Below, piece by piece: positions 12,330 to 26,650 of a DNA stretch of 64,000 bases; position 1 is the first letter of the stretch, and each line of letters starts with the position of its first letter. The position numbers and the translations under genes were made by a program. The notes beneath the pieces were generated by a model. The model made no database searches, was not told the DNA's origin, and saw only the letters and a list, made by a program, of their open reading frames with translations. The stretch covers positions 25,234,001 to 25,298,000 of the forward strand of contig OZ024746.1 in NCBI GenBank assembly GCA_964016885.1. Direction: 5' to 3'. The DNA comes from Eledone cirrhosa. Taxonomy: Eukaryota.

Positions 12330-13140
12330 ATTTATCTAAAAACTTTCCATAATTTTGTGTGCAGGAAAAGAGTAGGTAGAAATTCCATCCTATATCCCAA
12401 ATACAAGCTATGGGTACACAAAGGATGTAGTGAGATCATAAGCAGGCTATCAAAGAACATAGGTAATATATGCGGCTGATGCACAGATGCAGTAAATAGC
12501 CTGTGCCCACAGGATACTAGCTCCTTCAAATGTCCAGACAGCTCTGTGAAAATAGTCAAGTTTCCATTACCTGGGTGACCAAATGAGCAGTTGAGGAGGG
12601 TGTTCCGAAATTATAGTAGCCAGAATAAGAACAGCATAGAGAAAGTTTAGGAAGCTATTAGCACCGCTAGCTACAAAAGGTTTTTTCCTTAAAATGACGG
12701 ACAGATTGTATGATGCATGTATACAAACAGCAATGTTACATGATAGTGAAACCTTGGCACAGTGTTCAGATGACCTGCGAAGGTCGGAAAGAAATGAAGG
12801 CTGCATGCTCCAATGGATGTGTTAAAGTAATATACACAAATGGCAAGTGTAAATGAACTGAGAGAGAAATTGGGCATAAGAGGGATCAGATGCAGTGTTC
12901 AGGAGAGAAGATTGCATTGGTATGGCCATGTGATGCATATTAAGGATGACAGCTGTATAAAAAGGTGCAGGGCAATCAAAGATGATGGAAGCTATGGAGT
13001 AGGAAGACCTGGGATGAGGTGATAAAAGCTGACCATGCACATTTGCACCTCTCAAAGACAATAACACAAGATCAAGATCTTTGGCATTGTGCAGTAATAC
13101 AGAAGATCCGCCTTCCCATGTGCATGGACTGAAGCAGACA
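12330..13140 (+). mobile_element. Degenerate RTE-clade LINE 3' fragment
   Basis: ELREKLGIRGIRCSVQERRLHWYGHVMH; homologous to 36650-37550. Confidence 0.85.
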
Positions 13141-15300
13141 TTTAGTATGCACCTATTAACCACTATCCTTCCATACCTTCCACACTCTAACACCCCCACC
13201 TACATCTGATCACACCACCCTTCTCCCATGCCTTTACACCCTTGCCCCAGTCCACACTATAAAGTGGTTGTGTAGGTGTCACAACAAAAAGCATCAAGCA
13301 CACTGTGTGTTTGGCGTTAGGAAAGGCATCCAGCCATAGAAACCAATCCAGAAACAGTTCTGTATGAGAAAGCTATGGTCACCTGACCCGACTTGCCTCA
13401 GACAGGACAACCCGTATAACCCATTCTTGCGTGGAAAATAGACAAATGATGATGATGATTTCTAATAAAAAACACAGTTTATGGTTTTCAAATAATTTTG
13501 AAAATAGTTTAAAATTTCGAGGGATTTAGTAATATAACTAATTTTCTCATTAAGCTTGTGTTTGGAACATAACATAATGGAACCAATGATTAGACATACC
13601 TTCAATTGGATCTGCACATTGCTAAACTAAGACAAATTTGGAAAAGAGGATACATTTAAGCTACTATATTCTCTTTTCTCAGGTGTTGTGGCATCAAATA
13701 ACAGAAGTGATCTTTGTTACTGTAGATAACAACCTAAGTTGGAGTGTTCATATTAACAATAACATTGCATGTGGGACACAAAATCACATATGATGTATGG
13801 TAGATGGCTGTGCTATCGGTTACATCAAAGCAGGTTGACATATTTTAAACCATTGAGGGAATTATGAATGTATGTTAGCTTAAAATTAACTGCTTCAAAG
13901 CAGGTTTTTAACTATGTTCTGTCTTCAAATCCCTGTATATTGCTAATGCTGACCCAAAGCCTACATTGCTTAGTATACCTGTGTTTAGGAACTCAATGAC
14001 ATATGTGAACTGCCAAACAAAGGGTTGGGAGGACCCTTCAGTTGTATCAAAGATATGGCAGCCTCCCTAGTGTTGGTGATCTACATAGTAAACACACCCA
14101 GTGGTTGGTGATAGGAAGGACATCCAGCTGTAGAAAGCTTGCCAAACAAAAGATTGGGAGAACCTTGCAGTTGTGTCAATGACATGACAACCTCTCTAGT
14201 GCTGGTGCACTCAATAGAACGTGAATGCCTGGCCTGTCTGTGAGGTTAGTAGCCCCACTTCAGTTGGTTTGTGAAAACTCATCTAACAGTTGCTAGCAGT
14301 GAAAGTGCACGTTAAATGATGATGTTGACTCACTGATCTTCGCTGCATCCTTTTTATGTTATACTCTTCATTTCCATTGCATTCATTTTATTTCATCTTA
14401 TCCTTCAGCTGTTTCTAACTTCAGTTATCACCTACTATTGTTCTTAGTGGTTAGGTATTGGGCTCACAATTATAAGGTCATCAGTATAATTCCTGGACTG
14501 GGCAGTGCATTGGGTCCTTCAGAAAAACACTTTATTTCACATTGCTCCACTCTGCTGGAAAAACTGAGTTACATTTCTGATGCCAAGGTGTATCAGCCTA
14601 TGTCTTTCTCTTCGGCAACATTATATATACTGTAGTGTGTATAGTGTATACATGATTTGCAACAAATCATACCTTTAGGCAACATCATATGTTGTGTATA
14701 TAATGTATGTATAGCATATATGGTACTAGTGTCATTGCAACTCATATATACTATATACACTGGACAGTTGTAAAAGGCAGAAAGATGTAACAACTCTTAG
14801 GCTGACCCTTCCATTACCCCCTCATTATCTATTCCCCTCACATAATCTTCCTCCTTCTACACTCACATCTCTGACTCATACCCAAAGGTGGATGCACCTT
14901 CACTGTATTACCAGACACTGCTTGTTCATTTTTTCCTCTCCCCAAGATGACCTTACGATCCAGTACTTACTCTTCCTTCCCCCTCACAACTCTCACTGCC
15001 AAATTTATCCCTGAAATCCCACCACCACCTTACCCAACCATGCCAACATGGAAAGATCAGTATACACCACAATACTACCAGACATTATTCACTTCCTTTA
15101 AGCCCTCATTGCAATTTGAAGATGTCTTCCATTGAAATTTGCATGAAATGTTTATAAAAACAAGGAAAATAATTCAAATTAAACAGAACAACAATATACC
15201 GAGACATTTTTTTATCTGAAGTTTCTTTTTCTTTTCTTTTTAAACAAATTTTACAAAGCAATTGTTTGTTTTTTGAAAAACAAACAAACCAATAAATGGA

Positions 15301-15306
15301 TTTATT
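15301..15306 (-). promoter_or_regulatory. Candidate polyadenylation signal of the long PCMT1 isoform
   Basis: AATAAA on the - strand about 160 nt after the SDEL stop codon, followed by U-rich sequence. Confidence 0.5.
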
Positions 15307-15467
15307 GACAATATAAATAGCAGATAAAGGGATTGTGGAGTCTGATGTATTGTCTAAATATGTGAGCCTCATCTGTGATACGGGGAGTTAAAGTAGAGCT
15401 GCTGTTAGTAATTGTTGTAGTGCAGAGGAGGGCAGTTAGAAAAAAGAAGCTTCCTGATTATTTCAGT

Positions 15468-15486
15468 TTATAATTCATCAGAGGCC
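15468..15486 (-). CDS. PCMT1: PCMT1 distal terminal coding exon (K-A-S-D-E-L-stop)
   Basis: ttatttttctcattatttttccag|G GCC TCT GAT GAA TTA TAA. The leading G completes the phase-2 AA left at donor 29369. Confidence 0.75.
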
Positions 15487-18189
15487 CTGGAAAAATAATG
15501 AGAAAAATAATTAGAAAAACAATTTAAAAAGATATCTGTGGCGAGAGGGTCGAAAGACTGCATGAAGTGGAGTAATCTCATTTTAACCTGTGGTGGGTAG
15601 GAATGGTTGATGAATGATTGAGTCAACATAGGTTAGAGAGGCCCCTCTGGTTTTGTCAAAGACCAGACAACCTTTCTTGTGCTAGCAGCATGATAAAATA
15701 CTCCTACTGTACTCTGTAAAGTGGCAGTGCTGGTGCCACAATAAAATGAACTTTGCTTTCATCTTTTTGAGGTTAGTCCAGAGGACAATAATTTGGTGAA
15801 ATTGTTAAAAGATTCAGATGACATGCTTTACAGTGTCTGATCTGGCTTTGTACATTCTGAGTTTAAATCCAAATCCTGCTGAGGTCAATGTTGCTTTTCA
15901 CCCTTTTGAGGATTAATAAATAAAGTACCAATCCATAGGTGGTGGATTGGCAGACTTTTTAAAGAGTTGGATGGGATGCTTTGCAGTATCTGTTCTGGAT
16001 CTGTGTGTTTTGTGTTCAATCCTACCTCGTGTGACTGACAGCAGTGATGCCACTTCTGTCAGGAGTTGCCACCAACAGATAGTATCAGCAATGGCAATAG
16101 TTTCCTTGATCCAATCTGGTAATAGCTCTTTTTTTTTTTGCTAAGAGTTGTAACTGGCAGATAGTATCAGTAAAGAAAGACCAATGGAAATATTGCTTCT
16201 TTGGTCCAATCTGGCAAACAGCTCCTTTCTTCTGCCAAGAGTTAACACTGATATAGTATCAGTAATAGCAAGACCAACGGAAGCAGTTTCCTTAGTTCAA
16301 TCTGATGATCAGCTTCCTTTATTTTGAAAATACTAATGAACTTAGAAGGATTTAGTAAACCAACTTATTATTACAAAGCTTTGGGTTACATAAAATTATG
16401 TTAGAAGATTTTAATAATCCTTTCATGACCATATTTCTATTAATATATACAGTATTTCAATTAATTAATGAAAAATTGAAAGGATTTACTAAAATTATTA
16501 ATCATTTCATTATTAAGATGTTGTAGGGTGGTGGATTAGCAGTATCTGTAGAGTGTCAGACAACATACTTTGCAGCATATTGTTACATTCTAAGTTCAAA
16601 TCCTGCCAAGGTTAGCTTTGCCTTTCATCGTTACGGGGGTCAATAAAATAAAGTATCAGTAGTGCACTGGGGTTGATTTTATTGACTTAACTCTTCCCCC
16701 AAAATTGTTGGCTTTGTGCCTAAATCAGAAACAATTATTAAGATGTTTCTAACATAACAATAAATTAAATTATGTTGGAGGATTTGGTGGTTTTTTACCT
16801 TTGACCGGGTTAATATCAAAAGGGTTATATATTAACAAAAGAATGGGGAGGGGTTGAAGGAATTGTGGTGATAAAACAAAAATTTGTAGATAAACAGAAT
16901 AATTGACACTAAAAGTGACAAATGTTGGTGTTCCATCATGGTTACAGTCAATGTGCTGAAGTAGGTAAAAAAAAGTAATGGTGGCTCTTGTCAAAAGATC
17001 AAATAACTTTGCTGTAGATGTGTAAGTCAGAAGATTCAACAGAAACAACAATAATAACAACAAAACAAGTGTACATAAAGAAAATCTTCAGACGTCTGTA
17101 GAAACTGGTCAGTAATTAATTTTTAACCCCTTTACCATTATTTTTAATGAAATTTTGAAAATAATCAAGAATAAGATTTTTCTCATTAAGTTGGTATAAG
17201 GCTGTTGGATTGGCAGCATACAGTTACATCCCTTTACATTCTGAGTTCAAATCCCGCTGAAGTTAACTTTGCCTTTCATCCTTAAAGGGTCGATAAAATA
17301 AAGTATCAGTAACACATTGGGGTCAATTTAATTGACTTTCCCCTTCCCCAAAATTGTTGGCCTTGTACCTAAATCCAAAATCATTAATATTGGTTAACTT
17401 TGCCTTTCATCCTTACGGGGTCGATAAAATAAAGTACCAGTAATGTACTGGGTAATTGTTGGCCTTGTGCCAAAAGTAGAAACAATTATTAAGTTGATGG
17501 TTGGAACATAACTTGACAAAGGTTCTTATATAAAATTATGACAGAATGTTTTTAAATAAATATAAACTGAATCAGGGATGGTTTCAGTTGATTTAATATC
17601 AAAAGAGTTAACAGATGAAGTCAGTGGCCAGGTCATAGAGGTTCGACAAAAATGTTGACACCTTAAGAAATAAAAAATATAACAACAGTTTTTGTGTGTT
17701 TTTAAATAACTAAAACATGTCTTTCATGATGCAAATGCTGTGTGTGTGTGTAATAATATATTAAATGTACAGATGTACAAATGAACATGCGCAAGAAATT
17801 ATTCAATACTAAAAGCAGAGTAATACACATTAAACAAGTTTAAAACAGTTTACTGCAATTTCATCTTATGATTCTTTAGAATTGAGATGAAACTACATTT
17901 TTCAGAAAAAAGTCATGAAAAATCACAGTGGAGAGGGGGAGATAACAATATTATAGAAGAAAAGTAGTGGTGGGGAGGATCAGTCAACTTTATATGAGAT
18001 AGTAGTTACATGGTGTAGTGGTTAGGGTGTTGGAATCACGATCATAAGACCCTGGCCAATGTATTGTGTCCTTGAGCAAGATATTTCATTTCACATTGCT
18101 CTAGTTTACTCGGCTGAAAGGAAGTGAGAACAAGCAATAGCAGCTGAGCATTAACTTGTGCAACAGAGAGGTGTCTTGTCTTTTCGTAA

Positions 18190-18540
18190 GACTGGGGTCC
18201 CTATCATTAAAACACCCAAGAAATCTCCTTTGAGATACACCCTCATAGAAAGCTAACTAAACCTACATAGGTGTGAGCTGAAACAACAACCAAACCCTAT
18301 GAGATGCAACAATGTAGGAGGTTAGTTATAACCTACACAGAGCTGTAATAACAACATAAAACTGGGAGTCCCTATCATTAACACACTCAGGAAACCTATA
18401 AGTTGCAACATCATATGAGGCCAGCTTAACCTACATAGGTGTGAGCTGTAACAACATCATTAGACTGAGGCCTCTATGAAGTGTAACCTCATAGGAGGTC
18501 AGTTAAACCTGTATAGGTACGAGCTCTAACAACAGCAATG
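18190..18540 (+). repeat. Imperfect tandem repeat family (CCCTATCATTAAAACAC...AAACCTACATAGGTGTGAGCTG)
   Basis: Repeated units. An inverse-orientation array lies at 20150-20830, with related copies near 40820-41020 and 48795-48890. Confidence 0.7.
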
Positions 18541-19589
18541 TAAAAAGGTATACTGAAAATATTTAACAAAGAACCACAACAGTTGTTTGAAGTGAAAATG
18601 AAGAAACCAAAGAAATGTCACATTATTTCTTTGCTACATTATAACTGCCATATTTTTAGAGAAAATATGAAATTGGGAATGTTTTGGATTCTTTTTTCAT
18701 TTTTTAATCCCCGGACACAACCTCTCTAGTGTTAATGCCACAATAAAATGTACTACGTGGACACTGGAAAGTGGTAATGTTAGTGTTATGATAAAATCCC
18801 CTAGTACACTCTATAAAGTGAAAGTGCTGGTGCCACACTAATGTGCGCCCAGTACACTCTGAAGTGGAAATGCTGGTGCCACTATATAATGCACCCAGTA
18901 GAGTCAGTTGAATGGTTGGCATTAGGAAGGCCATCCAGTCATAGAAACTATGTCAAATTATAGAATGTATCAGCAAGATGCGGTTATCTGACCATGCCTT
19001 TTCTCAGATCGTGACAACCCATCCCAGCATGGAAAACAGATGTGAAATGATGATGATTATATATATTTTGAAATAGAAGTTTCACCATAACAGCAACTAA
19101 ATAATATAGTCTAATAATGGAGCGTATAAACCCACTGAATGGAAAAAGATGGGTTGAGTGGTTTTATACACCCCATTATTAGATTGGGGTGGTGAATTGG
19201 CAGTATCAGTAAGGCTGTAACTCTATGCTGCAAAGCATAGAGTTACAGCCCTTTATGATCTGAGTTCAAATCCCGCCGAGGTTAACTTTATTTTATCAAC
19301 CTCATGAGGATGAAAGGCAAAGTACCAGTAATACACTGGAGTAATTGCTGGCCTTGTGCCAAAAGTAGAGACAATTAGTTAGTTAATGTTATGGTGAAGC
19401 TTCTATTTCTATTTCAATTCTAAACTTTGCTCACTGTGTTCCAAACATACTTCCTTTATTTATTTATATATATGGTGGAGGGGAGGGTTTACCAATGCAG
19501 TGCTACATGAAAATAATTAGTTTGAAGAACAATCATCACAACAAACAAAGACATCAACAACAGCTAAACCAACTTACCAAATTATGTCT

Positions 19590-20010
19590 ACTTTTCAGTA
19601 GTCTTGTCTCTCATTGCTAAAACTCTTCTTGCAAAATAACGCCAACTGATGTGGACAGACAGTAATGGAATTATTGGTTAGTAGAGAATTGTTGTTTCTA
19701 ATATATATTGATATTTGAAAAAGAAAATCCCTCCAGAAATGTAACATTGATGAAGAACAATGGGAAATCATGGCCAAAAACAGGTCTGAATGGAGGCAAG
19801 CTATTCGTAAGGGAACAGAAGCTTAAGAAAATGAAAGGCAAAGCAGCCAAGTGGTAAAGCATGCAGCAATGAAGGCCAGAACCAACTCTGTAGAGCATTC
19901 CATTGAGTGTCCAGTATGCAGCTGCCTCTGTACATCAGATTTTGGCCTGAGATCCCACATGAGGGTACACAAATGAATGAAGTGCTAGGTTGGACTTTAT
20001 CAATCATGAT
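19590..20010 (+). mobile_element. RTE/BovB-like LINE 3' fragment with C-terminal zinc-finger motif
   Basis: KSLQKCNIDEEQWEIMAKNRSEWRQAIR followed by ECPVCSCLCTSDFGLRSHMRVH. Confidence 0.7.
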
Positions 20011-20149
20011 AATCAACCAACAAAAATATTGATATTTTAGTTGATGAATGGAGCATCATGTGGACAATGTAACTGAGGAATAATATGTGGTGTTTGGATT
20101 TTATCTACATGATGGAGGGGATAATAAGATGTAGAGGAAATGGTGTTAT

Positions 20150-20830
20150 GACAGTTCTCACCTATGCAACTTTATTTGACCTTATATGAGGTTGTGTCTC
20201 ATAGGTAACTTTCACAAATGTTTTAATGATAGGAACCCCAGTTCTATCATGTTATTGTTACAGTTCACACCGATATAGATTTAGTTGGTCTACAATGAAG
20301 TATCTCATTGGAGATTTCTCAGGTGTTTTATTATGTTGTTATAGCTCACACTTACATAGGTTTAGCAGACCTCGTAATAGAATGTATTTCATAGAAGTTT
20401 TCTTGGGCATTTTAATAATAGAGCCCCAGTCTATGTTATTACAGCTCACACCTATATAGATTTAGCTGGCCTCATGAGGTTGTCTCTCATAGGAGGTATC
20501 GCAGATGTTTTAATGAAAAGAACCCTACTCTTATGTTGTTACTGCTAAAACCTATGAAAGTTTAGCTGGCTTCTTATGAGGTTATATCTCATAGGAGGTT
20601 TCTTGAGTGCTTTAACGACAGGAACCCTAGTTCTCTCATGTTGCTGTTACATTTCACACCTATGAAGGTTTACCTGGACTCTTAATAGGTTGTATCTCAT
20701 AGGAGGTTTCTTGGGTGTTTTAATGATAGGAGGCCAAGCCTTTTCATGTGGTTGCTACAGATCACATTTATGAATGTTTAACTGGCTTCCTACAAAGTTG
20801 TATCTCATAGGAGATTTCTCAGGTTTTTTT
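20150..20830 (-). repeat. Imperfect tandem array, reverse complement of the 18190-18540 family
   Basis: Repeated TATCTCATAGGAGGTTTCTTGGGTGTTTTAATGATAGGA...CACACCTAT units. Confidence 0.75.
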
Positions 20831-22559
20831 ATGATAATGGTCACAATCTTATGAAAAGAAAATGAAGTGTTTTGCTCAAGATTTGCTCAAGATCACAACA
20901 TTGTGCCTGGACCAGGAATCAAACCCACAACCTTATGATCACAAGTCTAACACCCTAACCACTAGGTCACAAACCTTCACTATATAAAGGGAATGTTGTG
21001 AATGAAAAAGAAAGGAAAAAATAGATTGAATAATGGATAGAGACAGAGGAGGGGCAATGAGAGAGACAGAGAGAATTCTGGTACAACTTCAACTGTAAGA
21101 AAATGAAAGACAAAAATTTTAAACAATGGTAAGTTGGTAAACTATTCTCAAAGAGAGGGACTGACAGTAAAAACTCCTATAAACCTCACAACTGTGCATT
21201 ATTTAAACCCTTGTCTCTAAAGTTATGACTATTTAATCATTTCATGACTATTTCTATCAAAATATACATTTCAATTAATTAATGAAGAATTTTATATACA
21301 CCTGAGCAACCTCATAGGAGACCAGCTAAACCGCTGCAAGATTTAACTCTTTCCCAAACATATTTCTAATGAAATACACTATCTCAATTAATTAATGAAA
21401 AATGGAGGGGGGGGGGTTTCTAAAATTATTATCTATTTCATTACAAAGATAATAATTTAACAAATGGTTCTTATATAAAATATCATGGTAGATTTAAATT
21501 TGTACCCTTTTAAAATGGATGGTTTTGTTTCATAGAACCTGAGCCTGGTTGGTATTAAAAGTATTAAAAAGACTGAACTATTTTCAGATGAATTCTTCTA
21601 GAAAGATGTTTTTTTATAATTGTTTACTAGTTTCACTCATTAGACTGTGGTACTACCTTAAAGAGATTTAGTCAGTCATATCTACTCCAGGACATTTTTT
21701 TTATCAATACTTTTACAAAATATAAACAAAAACAGACAATGACACCCACACACACATACATATCTATATATACCCATGGCCAATCATGACTGATTCCTTC
21801 CTCTCCTCAATAGCCAGTCAGGTGTACGATGAGCTGACTGTGAAAACAACTGGCATAATGACCAATATAACGTTTTAATAGTTGAAGCTAGTGTTAACAC
21901 ACTATTTTAAAGATAACATTTTGTCAGTGTTATGGGCTTTTGTGTGTGGAGATTGTTTAGTGTATGGTTTTGCATGGAGGTGAGTGGACAAATGGCAGAA
22001 AAAGGGTTAAGAATTCTTGACATCATCATCAACATTTTGTCTAGCTATATATAGATAATATATCACATAAGAAACGGAGAATCAGTGGTGCGACGAATAA
22101 GATTTATTAGACATATTACAATTGTATCTCTAGCGACCAGCTTGAGGCACAATCAATGCAGCGATCAAACCAAAGTCTGAAATCGCAAGATCCTCGGATA
22201 TGTCTCGATGTATATGTGTGTGTGTGTATATATATATATATAGAGAGAGAGAGGGCGAGCTAATATACATAAAGAGGACAGTCAAATTACTAAAACTAAA
22301 TAGTTTAAAACATATTTCTTTCATAATTCCATAAATCTGTGTAGAGTACAGATACATTGAGTCTGAAATAATTGAAACAACTAAACAGAAATTGATAAAA
22401 ACATATTTGACTTGAAAATGGAATTATAAAAATAACTAGTAGACAGCGCAATCAATAATTCTTAACTAGGTTCCAACAGAGGATGCTGCTCCCATGACCC
22501 TCTCAAGAATAAGTAAGAGAAGAAGGAGGAGGAGGAAGAGTAGATGCCAATTATCAAAG

Positions 22560-22930
22560 GAAAATGAAATGGAAAGAGGAATATATAAGTATAGACAATA
22601 CCAAAATGGATAAAGTGCCAGGTGTTCCATGTGGAAGGAAGACCAAGAAAGATGTGGGCAGTGGTGGTGAAAGTTGACCTCAAGAAACTGAACCTTACAG
22701 AGGAGATAATAAAGGAAAGAGACAAGTAGAAAAGAAGCTATGGAAAAGGAAGACCAAGAAAGACATGGATAAAGGTGGTAAAAGCTGGCCTGAAAGAAAC
22801 TGAACCTCACAAAAATGGTAGAAGAAAGAGACAAGTGGGGGGGGGGATACTGTACTGGAGAGGACTCATCTAACCTATACAAGCATTGAAAAATGGATGT
22901 AAACACAATGACGATGATGATGGAGGTGGT
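22560..22930 (+). mobile_element. RTE LINE extreme 3' end with internal duplication and (GAT)n tail
   Basis: KCQVFHVEGRPRKMWAVVVKVDLKKLNLTEE occurs twice, then CTAACCTATACAAGCATTGAAAAATGGATGTAAAC..GATGATG, the tail shared with local SINEs. Confidence 0.75.
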
Positions 22931-23009
22931 GGTGATGGTGATGAAGATGAGGATAATGGTTATGATGGTGATGAATGGAAAGAATATATAAGACAATATC
23001 AAAATGAAA

Positions 23010-23770
23010 ATATCATCATTATCATTGTTTTACATATATGTTCCACATTGGCATAGGATGGATGGGTTGTTACAGCCTGAGACTAGACAGGTCAGATGAC
23101 CATATATAGCTCATACATTCCATTTTGGCATGGTTTCTATGGCTTGATGCCCTTCCTAACCTAAAGCACTTACAAAGTGTATTGGATGCATTTTATCATG
23201 GCACCAACACTATTACTTTCCAGAGTGTATGGGATGTATTTTATCTAGGCATCAGCACAACCACTTAACAAAGTGGACTGGGTGCATTTTATTGTGATAC
23301 CAGCACTATTGCTTTACAGAGTGCACTGGATGCATTGTATTGACACCAACACAAGCATTTTACAGAATATACTGGGTATATTTTATCATGACACTAATAT
23401 TACCACTTTACAGAATATACAATATACATTTTAGCATCAAATCAACACTACCACTTTGCAGTATATTATGGGAGGCATTTTATCATAGCACCAACACTAG
23501 CTACCACGTAGTAAAGTGTATTGGGTACATTTAGTTGTGACACCAATGCTACCACTTTACTGAGCGCACTGGGTATATTTTATCATGACACTAACACTAC
23601 CACTTTACAGAATGTACTGGGTCACAACCACGTAAAGTGTACTGAGTATATTTTATTGTGACACCAAAACTACCACTTTACAGAGCGTACCAGGTGCATT
23701 TTGTTATGACACTAGCGCTATCACTTTACTGAGTGTACTGGGTATATTTCATCGTGACACCAACACCAGG
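23010..23770 (-). repeat. SINE-derived element with an expanded ~41-bp minisatellite
   Basis: About 14 imperfect CACTTTACAGAGTGTACTGGGTGCATTTTATCATGACACCAACACTAC units attached to the SINE tail; similar arrays at 18730-18900 and 59230-59530. Confidence 0.8.
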
Positions 23771-26129
23771 GCAATCGTGAATGGAAAGGAGAATATATAA
23801 GTAAACAGAATATCAAAGTGCTTTAATTCTAAATGAATCTGACCTTCAAGGTGGGACAGCAACAGTAAGAAGAGTGGCTCAAACGTAGATGGAGACTAGG
23901 TGGAGAGTCAGAACTATTAGCATAGACAGCAATATTCCAGATACCTGGTAATGGAAAACAACACAGAAATAAAGCAGCCACTTCAGAAAGACCTAAAGTA
24001 TGAGTCTACCTATTGTTTTAACCCTTTTGATACCAAACCGCTTGAAACCATCTATGAAAGAAAGCTGTTTATTTTAAATTGTTTATATTTATCTAAAAAC
24101 CTTCCATTATAATTATTTGTTAAGTTACTTTCCAAACACCAGGTTGACCCTTCTGATACCAAACCACTTGGAACTACCCCTGATTCTATGATACAAAACT
24201 GTTTGTTTTAAAGTGTTCAAATTTAACCCTTCCATCATAATTTTATGTAAGAACTTTTATTATGTTCAAAATACTAGACAATAATGAAAGGGGCATAGAA
24301 ATAGTATTGTGGGAAGTTGCTGAATGAGAATATATGAGTGAGAAGCTACCCCATGTGAACCCTATAAAGGGACCAGTTATTGAATTTGACAGCCAATAAA
24401 ACTAAAGAAGCTCCTCAAATTCATGCCATCTCTATCAGTTTGTTCACTAGAATAAGAGGGTCTCTCCATCAATATGGCTCTCAACTCTCACCATATCTCT
24501 ATCCTATCATACCGCCTGCATAAGACAACAGAAAATAGAACTACTGGCATTAGGATGGGCATCCAACCACAGAAATCATGCCAAATATGAGACATATGAG
24601 CAAGACATGGTTCTTTGACCAATCTAGTTTCAGACCAAGACAACTTGTCTGACCCATGGACATAAAAAGATGATTATGATGATGATCGCTATATCTCAAC
24701 ACAAAGAAGAAATAAGTAAGCAGAGCTGAAACTGTAGATTACTGTATCTAAATTACACCTCTAACCATCTTCAACAATTAAGTAGTTCTGATGGTTTGGG
24801 ATACAAACTTTGGTGGCAAATAATGAAGGGGATAATGGCCCTTAAATAGCATAGCAAAGGCATCAACCATTGGATGTTAGTACAAAGGTTGATTAGTAGA
24901 AAGGTGCTAATACCGATAAGTAGAAACAGAAAGACAACAAAAACAAACATTTTAAGGCCATTTTCCTAGGGGTTAACCTGGTGGGTACTAAGACAGTTCT
25001 TTCTGTTTCCCTACACTTTAACCCCCCCAGGCCACATTTCCTTGTCCATCACCTTTTGCCATATCTTCCTCTTCTTTCTTCTATATATATTTCCACCACT
25101 GCTCATATCCAGTCACTTTCTCAACTGTCTCATTCTATTTCTCTGTACAATACTCATTACTGCCTCTGGACCTTTGAATTACAGGTACAATTCACGACAT
25201 GGCACTAATACTAGTAAAGTATATTGCAAAAGAACCCTTTCCACTCTATATTGTCTTTGTCTTTTTAAGGCAAATGTGCTAAAGAGTGTAATTTGAAGAA
25301 TAATGATGACCAGAGTTTCTTATATTTTCTTTAATACTGTGTCTATCCTGGTTTTCATAATAGGTACACTGTATCCCTGCATGTCATAAGAAGTGAATAA
25401 ATGGGTTGGTGTCTGAGGCATCTAGCTGTAAAATACTGCCTTGAAAAGTCCTGTCCAACCCATGCCAACATGGAAAGGTGGACACAAACAGTGACAAAGA
25501 TAATATATCTATATAAAATCACTATGACAGAAAGTTGAAGTATATCACAAATTACTTTATTAGGAGCAGGGAGGGAGATCTTTGTAAGTTTCTTTTTACA
25601 ATACATTTTTCAAACATATTTTTCTCTGTTTTCCTTATAGAGTTTTCTTGCAGATTTCACTGCAGAAATATTCTCATTAAGTATTACATGTTTAAAAAAT
25701 ATAGTTCATTGTGTAAATTCAATTCAGATGTCAGCTCTGCTTCTTCCCCATTGAGATATCTGGTTATGCTAGAATGTCAGCTATGAGCAATTATTACCTA
25801 GAAATAAAGTAGTTGAAAATGTTATAGATGTTTCTAGAATGGATATGTAGAGACAATAAAATATTTGCATGGCAAGACATAGCTAGTATCAGCATTTCTT
25901 TCAATAAATGTTTCTTTCCATTGGTCATATAGATCTAGTTATATAAACAGAGCTGTGTAGAGCAATATAGAACAATGTAGTGCAATGCAGAACTATATAG
26001 GCCAATGTAGAATAATGTAGAGCAATGCAGAGCTATGTAGAAGTATGTAGAATTATGTACTGCAATGCAGAACTATATAAAGCCAGAACATGAGCCAGTG
26101 TAGAACTATATGGAACAATGTAGAGCAAT

Positions 26130-26650
26130 GTCTGCCAAGGCTTACTCTTCAGATTTCAACCAGGATGTCATGAGTCTGCCTTCCTTCGTATGCCCACTCC
26201 TCTTTCTGGTTACCATTTAAGGGAAGTTTTACTAATCTATTCCTTGGCATATGTAGCGAATAGTAAAGTATCTTCTGTCATTTTAGAATGATGGTATCCT
26301 GTAAACAACTCAGCCTAGTTCTTTCCATAACCCCTTCATTTGTTATATGGTCACACCAAGAAATTATAAGCATGGTTGTAAAGTACCACCTGTGGAAGAC
26401 ATTTACAGTTCTATCGATTCTGCTGGGTTTTTTCCACATCTTGCAAGTGTAAATCACATTAGAAGGACAATTGATGTATACAGACAGAACTTTGTGTCTT
26501 GGCCTTTGGAAGAGTTGGACTGTATGGGCTTCAGGTATTGGAAGACAGCTGCAGCTTTGCTGAGACTCTTCTCCACATCAGTTTCTGAGTTGTGATCATT
26601 AGTTTAATGCTCACCAATTGCCTTCTTCCTGATATTTTCCTTTTAAAAAA
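26130..26650 (-). mobile_element. Highly degenerate LINE (RTE-X-like) 3' fragment
   Basis: Weak translated resemblance only (HMPRNRLVKLPL...). Confidence 0.4.

Noticed and set aside
13683-13793. Possible extra exon of gene A after a good acceptor
   Set aside because: The translation (VTVDNNLSWSVHINN) looks like a decayed LINE RT C-terminal fragment.
15450-15486. Hammerhead-like CCU-CUGAUGA...GAAAUAAUC-AGG on the - strand overlapping the SDEL exon
   Set aside because: CUGAUGA is explained by the Ser-Asp-Glu codons; stem II does not pair and stem I is only 3 bp.
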